IMG/VR virus record: IMGVR_UViG_3300036796_000269
Coordinates: 1 to 29,807 of that record
Length of the DNA: 29,807 bases
Source of the DNA: a virus
Taxonomy: Duplodnaviria; Caudoviricetes
Direction: 5' to 3' (one strand)
This document shows, in pieces, positions 15,619-23,885 of the stretch. Made by a program: the position numbers and the translations under genes. Position 1 is the first letter of the stretch; every line of letters starts with the position of its first letter. The notes below the pieces were generated by a model, which saw only the letters and a program-made list of their open reading frames with translations, was not told the origin of the DNA and made no database searches.

Positions 15619-16124
15619 CAGATTTGCCCCACAATGCAGCGCGCTTTGTCCTGGATGCGCGCCACAGACCAGCGCATATCCCGCCACATTTCATCGATAG
15701 TGCTGTCGATGCTGTCGGCTTTTTTGTCCCCTTTGGCGGTCGCATCCACACCGCGAAAACGCTCATAAAGCGTGGCCGTCGTCATCGAGCACACGGCGTT
15801 GAAGTAGTGGAAAACGCGCACGCTCTCGCCGTCGAGCTTGTCCGTCGGGACATCCGCCAGCGTGGCATAACCGGCATCGAGCTGACTTTCGCGCCAGTCG
15901 CTCAGCTCCGCGTTAGTCTCCGCGATCGCGGTCTTAATCGCCCGGCGCAGGCGAACGGGGGAAACGGTCTGCTCCAGTCGCATTTCTTCCCGCACGCGCT
16001 TCGGATCAACGTCAGGAAAAAACGGGGTGTTTTTGATTACCGGCTCGCTCACGCCCGGCGGCGGTATCACCACGCCCGGCACATCCTGCGGCTCTTTTTT
16101 TGGCTCAATAATCAGCGTCGTCAT
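15618..16124 (-). CDS. L: Head completion protein gpL
   Basis: MTTLIIEP...EPVIKNTPFFPDVDP...LYERFRGVDATAKGDKKA; start at ATG 16124 after a GAGG RBS. Confidence 0.93.
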   Translation of the reverse strand: MTTLIIEPKKEPQDVPGVVIPPPGVSEPVIKNTPFFPDVDPKRVREEMRLEQTVSPVRLRRAIKTAIAETNAELSDWRESQLDAGYATLADVPTDKLDGESVRVFHYFNAVCSMTTATLYERFRGVDATAKGDKKADSIDSTIDEMWRDMRWSVARIQDKARCIVGQI

Positions 16125-16222
16125 GACAACCTCGGGTATTGGTGGGCGGTGGACGCCGGTCGCAGTCAGGGTAACTGATACCCGCATTGACCGGCGTGCC
16201 GCCCGGCTCGGGGAGCGCTCGG

Positions 16223-16978
16223 TTAACCTGCGGCTTTTGCCGCCTTTGGTGGACGCCCGCGCCGTGCCGCCGGTTTTTCGGCGACTTTGCGCGTGCGCGG
16301 TTTAGTCTTTTGGGTTTTCGGTACTGGTTCGGGTTTTGGCCTGAGCTGGCGCTCTAACTGCTCGATATCCTTTTTCACCCCGATAGTGCTTTCTAACTGG
16401 ATCGCACGCTGCAGGTGCGCCAGCGCCTCCGGCAGTTGCTCCGCATCACGCAGCACGTAGCCGGTGATTTTGTGCAGCTTCGCACGCACGATATCGGGCA
16501 TATCCGCGCGTTCAGTCAGCGCGATAGTGTCGAGCAGGTTCGCCAGATTGACCGGCTGTTTTGCCGTGAGCAGGCGCTGCGCGGCCAGTGCCACTTCTTC
16601 GACCAGCAGGCACGGCGTCGGACGGCGACCGACCGGCATGGTGAGGCCGTAGGTCATGGCGTAACGGGCGATTTGCAGCGCCCCTGCGATATCGTCAGCA
16701 TCGAGACGCCAGAGCATCACCGTCATGACGATGTCATCCTGTGCGCCTTTGCCGTTTTCGAGAACGCCAGCGACCCACGGCAGGTAGAACGGCAGCAGCT
16801 CGCGCTTTTTCGCGGCTTTACGCTCTTTGGAGCTGATTTGTTTTAGCGTGCGGTTGTCTGCGGCCAGCTTAACGAGCATCTGCTCATAGGCAGTTGCATT
16901 GCGCAGCGGGACGGCAGCCCGCTGCGCTGTTTCAGAGGCCGAGACCCGCATCAAGTGACGCGCTGCGGGACTCGTCAT
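16223..16978 (-). CDS. M: Terminase small (endonuclease) subunit gpM
   Basis: 251 aa; MTSPAARH...GAQDDIVMTVMLWRLD...DMPDIVRAKLHK...GVKKDIEQLER, basic tail. Confidence 0.95.
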   Translation of the reverse strand: MTSPAARHLMRVSASETAQRAAVPLRNATAYEQMLVKLAADNRTLKQISSKERKAAKKRELLPFYLPWVAGVLENGKGAQDDIVMTVMLWRLDADDIAGALQIARYAMTYGLTMPVGRRPTPCLLVEEVALAAQRLLTAKQPVNLANLLDTIALTERADMPDIVRAKLHKITGYVLRDAEQLPEALAHLQRAIQLESTIGVKKDIEQLERQLRPKPEPVPKTQKTKPRTRKVAEKPAARRGRPPKAAKAAG

Positions 16979-16981
16979 GGC

Positions 16982-18049
16982 TTACTCCCCGCTTTCCGGT
17001 GCTGCAGGTGCGGTGAAATCACCGAGCGTGATATTTTCAATCAGGCACCCGGCGGCGTAAGCCTCTACCACGTAGTCGATATTCATTGACTCGTAGTTTT
17101 CGACGCGGTCTTTCTTCGGTTCTTCGATGATGGCACGGCGGTGTGCGTCATCCATGAAGTAAATCGACAGGTTGTCGAGGCGCGTCACCATCAGGGCATT
17201 TGCCGGGAAGTACGGCACGCGCACGGCTGGCAGGTTGCCGATTCGCTTCTGGCTGATGATGATGTCAGCGGCCAGCGACTCGGTGTTTGCCTGCTCTTTG
17301 TTAACGATAGGGAAATATTTATCCGCCATCAGCTTACGCCCGGTGATGACAACCAGCTCCGGGTCATCCTGATAAATCTCGTCAATCAGATTGCCGGTGG
17401 CATCCATGACCAGCGCATCGAGGTTCGCATAGTCGCCGTTTTTACCCACGCGGATCACTTCAGAAATTACCGCCCCTTCCTCGTCGGTAATTTTTGACAT
17501 CACGCGCGCTGGCGCTTCATTGCGGTACTTCTGCAGCCAGCCGGTCGCCACGTCCTGCAGCATAGGGTTTTTCGCACGGTCAGACGTCGCCGCGCGCTCG
17601 ATGCCGTTGAAACCGGCCATGATGAAATCGAGCGACTGACGCTTGATAATCGCGTCGCGGATACGGGTCTGGAAGTCCTGGAATCGCGCCCACAGGTCGA
17701 GCTGTTTGTAGCGGATATGGAAGTCAAAGTTAATCTGCGCGCACTCGTATTTGTTAGACTCCAACGCGGTGAAATCAGCGGTTTTACGCTCGTCGTCACC
17801 GGCGGTGTCGGCAGTGCTGGCAATCGTACCGTTAACGCCAACCCCGACTTTTTCGCCTTTCAGCTCGTCGACCGGCACGATGTTGATTTTGGTCAGAAAC
17901 GCGGATGACATCTGCAGCGTGGTCATCAGGGTTTGCGTGACCGACGGCTCGACGGTGAATTTCTTCGCCACGTCATCGGTGGAAACGCCGTTCAGCTCCG
18001 CAACGCGGGACAGGTAGGCATTGAATTTGAAGCGGGTATCTTTACGCAT
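16982..18049 (-). CDS. N: Major capsid protein gpN
   Basis: 355 aa; TRFKFNAYL...KFTVEPSVTQTL...LDLWARFQDFQ...NPMLQDVATGWLQKYR. Confidence 0.97.
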   Translation of the reverse strand: MRKDTRFKFNAYLSRVAELNGVSTDDVAKKFTVEPSVTQTLMTTLQMSSAFLTKINIVPVDELKGEKVGVGVNGTIASTADTAGDDERKTADFTALESNKYECAQINFDFHIRYKQLDLWARFQDFQTRIRDAIIKRQSLDFIMAGFNGIERAATSDRAKNPMLQDVATGWLQKYRNEAPARVMSKITDEEGAVISEVIRVGKNGDYANLDALVMDATGNLIDEIYQDDPELVVITGRKLMADKYFPIVNKEQANTESLAADIIISQKRIGNLPAVRVPYFPANALMVTRLDNLSIYFMDDAHRRAIIEEPKKDRVENYESMNIDYVVEAYAAGCLIENITLGDFTAPAAPESGE

Positions 18050-18104
18050 GTTTTTTCCTGTTCAGGTAATAGGTATCAGGCCGGGCAGCACGCCCGGCGG
18101 ATTA

Positions 18105-18959
18105 TCAGCAGTTGGTCAGCAGCTCGTCGCCCGTACCGCCTTTTGAACGCTCGCGGCGCGGCTGTCGCTGGCTTTCGGTGTTATCGAGGGAGTTTTTGAG
18201 GTCATTAAACGCCTGCGCGCTTTCATTGGCCTTGCTGGTCACGTCCTGCTTAAGCTTCGCCAGTTCGGTTTCCAGCTCGGTGACGCGCTGGTCAGTGGCG
18301 GTGAGATTGGTTTGCACCAGCTCGGTGACGGTGGTGACAGCCTCATGCACATCGGCGAGACGTGCATCATCACTGGCCTGTTTGCGGCCAAAAATGGCTC
18401 TCACCTTATCGGTCAGACTGTTGAGCATGGTGTCGGGAACATCCTCAAACTCCAGCTCAGCCAGTGAGGCCACAGAAAAAACGTCGTCCGGCTGGTCTTT
18501 TTTACCGGCGAGCGGGTTCTGCGCGGCGCGGCTGCAGAATTCGAGGTATTCCGTACCGAGGCTTGCTGGGTCATCGGTGACGGCAAGGCCAACCAGGTAA
18601 CATTTGCCGCTGTTGGCAAAGTTTGGGCGGATCTCCATGGAGGTGTAAACCTTCTGTCCGGCCTTAACCATGCTGACCAGCTCGTCGAGCGGCTGGATTT
18701 TGCCAAACAGCGCTTTTTTGCCATCGAGCGCAGAGCCATCGCTGATAATCTCCGCCTTAAGCTCGGTAACATCGCCATAGCGTTTAAACGCGCTGTCAGG
18801 CATCAGCCCCCGGATATGTTCGAGGTTAATGCGGCAGCCGTAGACGCGCGGGTCGAACGTGTCGGCCATATCCTGAATATCATCGCCGCTGATGACGCGG
18901 CCATCGCAGGTGTCACCCTCGACGCCGATGCGAAACCAATTAGAAACTTTCTTTGCCAT
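18105..18959 (-). CDS. O: Capsid scaffolding/protease protein gpO
   Basis: 284 aa; WFRIGVEGDTCDGRVI...RINLEH...YLVGLAVTDDPASLGTE...LLTNC. Confidence 0.97.
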   Translation of the reverse strand: MAKKVSNWFRIGVEGDTCDGRVISGDDIQDMADTFDPRVYGCRINLEHIRGLMPDSAFKRYGDVTELKAEIISDGSALDGKKALFGKIQPLDELVSMVKAGQKVYTSMEIRPNFANSGKCYLVGLAVTDDPASLGTEYLEFCSRAAQNPLAGKKDQPDDVFSVASLAELEFEDVPDTMLNSLTDKVRAIFGRKQASDDARLADVHEAVTTVTELVQTNLTATDQRVTELETELAKLKQDVTSKANESAQAFNDLKNSLDNTESQRQPRRERSKGGTGDELLTNC

Positions 18960-19124
18960 TGTTCAGGTGTCCTGATGTTGGGTTTTCGGGTCGGGTTAAG
19001 TTTCCCGACTCTGACCCGTATCAGCCACCGCTTACGATCCGATTAGATCCTACACAACAAGGGTTTAGCGATAATACCCAGCCATTTACTTAGCCTTGCC
19101 CCGTGACAAAAAAACGAGGTAAGC
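18960..19124. promoter_or_regulatory. Divergent late promoter region pO/pP
   Basis: 165-bp intergenic region between divergent O and P, as in P2; I could not find a clean TGT-N12-ACA box, so the call is positional. Confidence 0.55.
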
Positions 19125-20894
19125 ATGACCATTTCAACTGACCTTTCACTGCTTAATGACCCGCGTCGACAGGCGCGGCTGTTGTACTGGCAGGGATTCG
19201 CCGTGCCGCAAATCTGCGACATGCTGCAGCTCAAGCGCCCGACCGTGCAGAGCTGGAAACAGCGTGATGGGTGGGAGGGAACCGCACCAATTAACCGCGT
19301 TGAATCGACGTTGGAGGCGCGACTCATCCAGATATACGCCAAGCCCGACCTGACGGCGCATGACTTTAAAGTCGCTGATTTTCTGTCGCGCCAGATGGAG
19401 CGCCTTGCGCGCGTGAACCGCTACGGCCAGACCGGAAACGAGGTGGATTTAAATCCCAATATCGCCAGCCGTAACAAGGGGGATCGCAAAAAGCCGAAAC
19501 GAAACTATTTCAGCGAAGAGGCAATTGAGAAGCTGGAAGAGATTTTCTTCGACCAGTCGTTTGACTATCAGCTCAGGTGGCACAAAGCCGGGTTAGAGCA
19601 TCGCATCCGTCATATTCTGAAATCCCGCCAGATTGGCGCGACGTTCTACTTTGCGCGCGAGTCGCTCCTGCGCGCCCTTAAAACCGGTCAGAACCAGATA
19701 TTTTTATCGGCCAGTAAAACGCAGGCTTACGTGTTCCGTAAGTACATTATCGCCTTTGCGCGTCTGGTCGACGTCGACCTGTCAGGCGACCCGATTGTCA
19801 TCGGCAACAACGGCGCAGAGCTGATTTTCCTCGGTACCAATTCCAACACCGCGCAGAGCCACAACGGCGACCTGTACGTCGATGAGATTTTCTGGATCCC
19901 CAATTTCCAGAAGCTGCGCAAAGTCGCGTCGGGCATGGCCTCGCAGTCGCACCTGCGCACCACCTATTTTTCGACGCCGTCCACGCTGGCGCACGGTGCT
20001 TACCCGTTCTGGTCAGGCGAGCTGTTTAACCGTGGGCGCAGTAACCGCGACGAACGTGTCGACATCGATATCAGTCATCAGGCGCTTGCCGCTGGCATGC
20101 TGTGCGGTGACGGGCAGTGGCGGCAGATTGTCACCATTGAGGACGCGCTCGCCGGGGGCTGCACCCTGTTTAACCTCGACCAGCTTAAGCAGGAAAACAG
20201 CGCGGATGACTTCCGTAACCTGTTTATGTGCGAGTTCGTCGACGATAAAGCGTCGGTATTCCCGTTCGAGGAGCTGCAGCGCTGCATGGTCGATGCGATG
20301 GAAGAATGGGAGGACTTCGAATCCTTTGCCGACCGTCCGTTTAACTGGCGTCCGGTCTGGATCGGTTATGACCCGTCACACACCGGCGACAGCGCAGGCT
20401 GTGCGGTGCTGGCTCCGCCGCTGGTTGCCGGTGGCAAGTTCCGCATTCTTGAGCGTCACCAGTGGAAAGGCATGGACTTTGCCGCACAGGCCGAGGCCAT
20501 CCGGGCGCTGACCGAAAAATACACCGTCGACTATATCGGCATCGATGCGACCGGCATCGGCCAGGGTGTTTACCAGCTCGTGCGCTCATTCTTCCCGGCG
20601 GCGCGCGCCATCCGCTACACGCCGGAAATGAAAACGGCGATGGTGCTGAAAGCAAAAGACACCATCAGGCGCGGTTGTCTGGAATATGACGCCGGTGCGA
20701 CCGACATCACTCAGTCATTTATGGCTATCCGCAAAACCATGACCAGCAGTGGCCGCAGCGCCACCTATGAAGCCAGCCGCAGTGAGGAAGCCAGCCACGC
20801 GGATATCGCGTGGGCGACCATGCACGCCTTGCTAAACGAGCCGCTTTCAGCCGGTAGCGGTATGCAATCAAGTTCAATTCTGGATATTAACTAA
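19125..20894 (+). CDS. P: Terminase large (ATPase) subunit gpP
   Basis: 589 aa; Walker A-like ILKSRQIGAT, Walker B LYVDE, motif III STP, nuclease-domain IGYDP and IDATGIG. Confidence 0.97.
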   Translation: MTISTDLSLLNDPRRQARLLYWQGFAVPQICDMLQLKRPTVQSWKQRDGWEGTAPINRVESTLEARLIQIYAKPDLTAHDFKVADFLSRQMERLARVNRYGQTGNEVDLNPNIASRNKGDRKKPKRNYFSEEAIEKLEEIFFDQSFDYQLRWHKAGLEHRIRHILKSRQIGATFYFARESLLRALKTGQNQIFLSASKTQAYVFRKYIIAFARLVDVDLSGDPIVIGNNGAELIFLGTNSNTAQSHNGDLYVDEIFWIPNFQKLRKVASGMASQSHLRTTYFSTPSTLAHGAYPFWSGELFNRGRSNRDERVDIDISHQALAAGMLCGDGQWRQIVTIEDALAGGCTLFNLDQLKQENSADDFRNLFMCEFVDDKASVFPFEELQRCMVDAMEEWEDFESFADRPFNWRPVWIGYDPSHTGDSAGCAVLAPPLVAGGKFRILERHQWKGMDFAAQAEAIRALTEKYTVDYIGIDATGIGQGVYQLVRSFFPAARAIRYTPEMKTAMVLKAKDTIRRGCLEYDAGATDITQSFMAIRKTMTSSGRSATYEASRSEEASHADIAWATMHALLNEPLSAGSGMQSSSILDIN

Positions 20895-20895
20895 G

Positions 20896-21921
20896 ATGAA
20901 AAAACGCCAAAAGAAACAGCCAAAACAGACCAGCATGACCGCCAGCGCGCCGCAGAAAATGGAGGCGTTCACCTTTGGTGAGCCGTCGCCCGTTCTGGAT
21001 CGCCGCGACATCCTCGACTATGTCGAATGCATCAATAACGGCAAATGGTACGAGCCGCCGGTCAACTTCTCCGGGCTGGCGAAAAGCCTGCGCGCCGCCG
21101 TGCACCACAGCTCTCCGATTTACGTAAAGCGCAACATCCTGACGAGTACCTACATCCCTCACCCGTTGCTGTCACGTCAGGATTTCAGCCGCCTTGTGCT
21201 CGATTATCTGGTCTTTGCCAACGGCTATCTCGAAAAGCGCATGAGCGTCACCGGCCAGCTCCTGAAGCTGGAAACCTCACCGGCCAAATATACCCGCCGT
21301 GGCATCGAGGATGGTGTTTACTGGTACGTGTCTGACTTCACACACCCGCACCAGTTTGCGCCCGGCTCGGTATGCCATTTGCTGGAGCCCGATATCAATC
21401 AGGAGCTCTACGGGATGCCCGAATATCTGAGCGCGCTTAATTCAGCCTGGCTGAATGAATCCGCCACGCTGTTTCGTCGCAAGTATTACCAGAACGGCGC
21501 GCACGCGGGTTACATCATGTACGTGACCGACGCGGCGCAGAGCAGCACTGACGTTGAGTCGCTGCGCTCCGCGATGCGGGATTCGAAAGGGCTCGGTAAT
21601 TTCAAAAACCTGTTCTTCTATGCCCCGAACGGAAAACCGGACGGCATCAAGATCGTGCCGTTGAGTGAAGTCGCCACGAAGGATGATTTTTTTAACATCA
21701 AGAAGGTGAGCGCCGCCGACCTGCTCGATGCGCACCGAGTACCGTTCCAGCTTATGGGCGGCAAGCCTGAAAATATCGGCTCGATGGGCGATATCGAGAA
21801 GGTGGCGCGGGTGTTTGTGCGTAACGAGTTGACGCCGCTGCAGGAGCGGTTTAAAGAGATTAATGATTGGTTAGGAATGGAGGTGATCCGCTTTAAGGAT
21901 TACAGCATCGAGACCGACTAA
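20896..21921 (+). CDS. Q: Portal protein gpQ
   Basis: 341 aa; EAFTFGEPSPVLD...QELYGMPEY...LFRRKYYQNGAHAG...AHRVPFQLMG. Confidence 0.97.
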   Translation: MKKRQKKQPKQTSMTASAPQKMEAFTFGEPSPVLDRRDILDYVECINNGKWYEPPVNFSGLAKSLRAAVHHSSPIYVKRNILTSTYIPHPLLSRQDFSRLVLDYLVFANGYLEKRMSVTGQLLKLETSPAKYTRRGIEDGVYWYVSDFTHPHQFAPGSVCHLLEPDINQELYGMPEYLSALNSAWLNESATLFRRKYYQNGAHAGYIMYVTDAAQSSTDVESLRSAMRDSKGLGNFKNLFFYAPNGKPDGIKIVPLSEVATKDDFFNIKKVSAADLLDAHRVPFQLMGGKPENIGSMGDIEKVARVFVRNELTPLQERFKEINDWLGMEVIRFKDYSIETD

Positions 21922-21933
21922 ACCCGCCCAAAA

Positions 21934-21951
21934 TGCCGCCTCCGGGCGGCA
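21934..21951 (+). terminator. GC-rich hairpin after Q
   Basis: TGCCGCC-tccg-GGCGGCA just after the Q stop; no clear U-tract on the plus strand (TTTT follows on the minus strand). Confidence 0.55.
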
Positions 21952-22086
21952 CACCCTCAGAGCAAGCCAGACGCCGCACACGCGACGCAACCCCGCTACC
22001 GCCTACGATTCGACCTCATCGCTCAGCGCGCCGCCACGACGCGCACAGACGCGCAAAATAAATCCTGTCACCCCGTCTGGCGCGCA

Positions 22087-22105
22087 GTGCTATCCCCGCC
22101 TCGCC
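22087..22105 (-). other. cos: cos: 19-bp cohesive end sequence
   Basis: Reverse complement GGCGAGGCGGGGATAGCAC, one base different from the P2/P4 cohesive end GGCGAGGCGGGGAAAGCAC; expected position downstream of Q. Confidence 0.93.
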
Positions 22106-22238
22106 TGCGCGCTTAAGAGATCGATTTTGATGCAATCGCATAAGCCCGAGCGGACTGTGCAAGTCACGGCGTTACCTAGTTTAAAATCTTTCATGAAACT
22201 AATGCATTTTCATGCACGCAAAGTCACAAATAATAATT

Positions 22239-22266
22239 TTGAAAAATACGAAAAAAGCAATATCCT
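22239..22266 (+). promoter_or_regulatory. Candidate sigma70 promoter for the accessory operon
   Basis: TTGAAA-N16-TATCCT with an AT-rich upstream tract; weak evidence because the region is AT-rich. Confidence 0.3.
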
Positions 22267-22409
22267 TAATCTGACCTAATCTTCACGCGAAGTATGTTTT
22301 TCCTTTTCTAACAGCACATAACCTTGTTTGCCACACAACATTCGTTTAAGTGGCAAAAGTAAAAATCTATCAACTTATTGTTTTTTTTGCTCAGTAAGGA
22401 GCTTAACTA

Positions 22410-23474
22410 ATGAGCACACAGCAGATTATCAACATTCCAACCTCGACTCCTCAAGCCACAATAGACTTAGTATTCAAAGGCTTAGAACAAACAAATGAAT
22501 TGGCTTACTTTCGAAGAGTAGCTGGCCGCCATGGTTTTGAGATTAAAGCAAGATGGTCAACTACCTTTGATAGCATTCAAAAAACGCTCGACGACCCAGC
22601 GAAACAGACTACTTCTGCTAATTTTTCCAACCTAAGGTTAATTACTTTAAAAATAATCACAAGTGCAAATCATTACTATACTATTGATTATATCAAAAGT
22701 GGTAACTTGCATTTAATTCCCAATATACTTTCCTACACGAGCTTCTCCCCTATTTTCCATAATGCTTTTCCTTCCAAGTTAGAGGCATATAATGGCTTAC
22801 CATTAACTCCGGGGCACTTCATCACCAGTGTAGAAAAAATGGGGGACGGGATTGCCATTGTTTATTCTTATGTAATTCTTAAAAAAATTACAGGTCAAGC
22901 AAAAATGGCAAGCAATCAGTATCCCGAGCAATATTTCAATACTGTTTTCATACCAAATGATTTAAGTCGAATTGAGTATCGTGTCGACAAAAAATTGGGC
23001 AAACGCTTATCTGAAAAAGCCATGACAGATCTTCGTAATGAGTTCATGGATCTCATTGTTCAATTAAACCTTGGATTAGCCCTCGAAACCGTCAATTTCT
23101 ACAAAGCCATTAGTAATATTTATAATGATAAAGGTTATGGCCGATTAGTGCAGGTTGATTTTCTCGATCCAAATGGTGACGAAGACGTCGTATTACGTTG
23201 CAGAACTGACCCTAACTACGATGCGAGATACCGTGAAGTTGTATCTAAAACGGCTAGCGGAAAAGCTAAAGCATTGAATCTTGAGGTTGCAGGTTTAGCG
23301 GCTAGAATAGACTCAACGGTTCAAAAAGAAAACATATCTAATGAAATAGGATTTGAACCTAACAAAACAGATTGGTCAGTTAACAAATTTTGCGGTGGTT
23401 TTTATTTCACCCAAGCATCAGATCACCAAGCTCATTATGGGGTTATAAATGACATTCTCAAAAGAGCGGTTTGA
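22410..23474 (+). CDS. Accessory operon gene 1, 354-aa soluble hypothetical protein (candidate defence component)
   Basis: Long AT-rich ORF with strong TAAGGAG RBS in the cos-A hotspot; no motif I recognise, no obvious TM helix or Walker A. Confidence 0.85.
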   Translation: MSTQQIINIPTSTPQATIDLVFKGLEQTNELAYFRRVAGRHGFEIKARWSTTFDSIQKTLDDPAKQTTSANFSNLRLITLKIITSANHYYTIDYIKSGNLHLIPNILSYTSFSPIFHNAFPSKLEAYNGLPLTPGHFITSVEKMGDGIAIVYSYVILKKITGQAKMASNQYPEQYFNTVFIPNDLSRIEYRVDKKLGKRLSEKAMTDLRNEFMDLIVQLNLGLALETVNFYKAISNIYNDKGYGRLVQVDFLDPNGDEDVVLRCRTDPNYDARYREVVSKTASGKAKALNLEVAGLAARIDSTVQKENISNEIGFEPNKTDWSVNKFCGGFYFTQASDHQAHYGVINDILKRAV

Positions 23475-23883
23475 TAAAATGCGCTCTTTAATTTCCGCAC
23501 AAAGAGTGTTAGTCCATAAACTTTGTGGATCTTCAGTTTATTTAAGTGAAGAATCTGAGATTTACTACATAAATTTACTTGATTACATAGAAAATAATCA
23601 TGACCGTAGCTTATATACATTACCATTGTTACGTAAGGCTATAAAAACTGAAAATTTGAATGATATTTTAAAGGTCGTTCAATTTTTCACCAGCGATCTT
23701 TCAGAACTTTTTGAGATTAAGTATTGCTATGAGCAAGAAAACATGGAATATGTTGAAATACATGTAGATGAATACAGAGGCTATATCCAAGATAAAATAG
23801 AACCCGTCACAATAGATGGTGCTGAAATTGAAAACTTCAATCCTAAATACCTGTCATTTTATTGCTTGATAAATTTGGATTGA
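23449..23883 (+). CDS. Accessory operon gene 2, 134-144-aa acidic hypothetical protein
   Basis: ORF overlapping or abutting the gene 1 stop (alternative ATG at 23479); helical N-half, acidic Tyr/Glu-rich C-half. Confidence 0.8.
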   Translation: MTFSKERFDKMRSLISAQRVLVHKLCGSSVYLSEESEIYYINLLDYIENNHDRSLYTLPLLRKAIKTENLNDILKVVQFFTSDLSELFEIKYCYEQENMEYVEIHVDEYRGYIQDKIEPVTIDGAEIENFNPKYLSFYCLINLD

Positions 23884-23885
23884 TT

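Noticed and set aside
445-21735. Numerous 60-240 aa alternative-frame and antisense ORFs over structural genes (e.g. 2235-2954 +, 3848-4432 +, 13605-14216 +, 15624-16178 +, 19882-20511 +)
   Set aside because: They lie wholly within well-conserved phage genes, have low-complexity Ser/Arg/Ala-rich translations and no RBS or motifs; expected shadows of GC-rich coding DNA. Only lysC is a real overlap.
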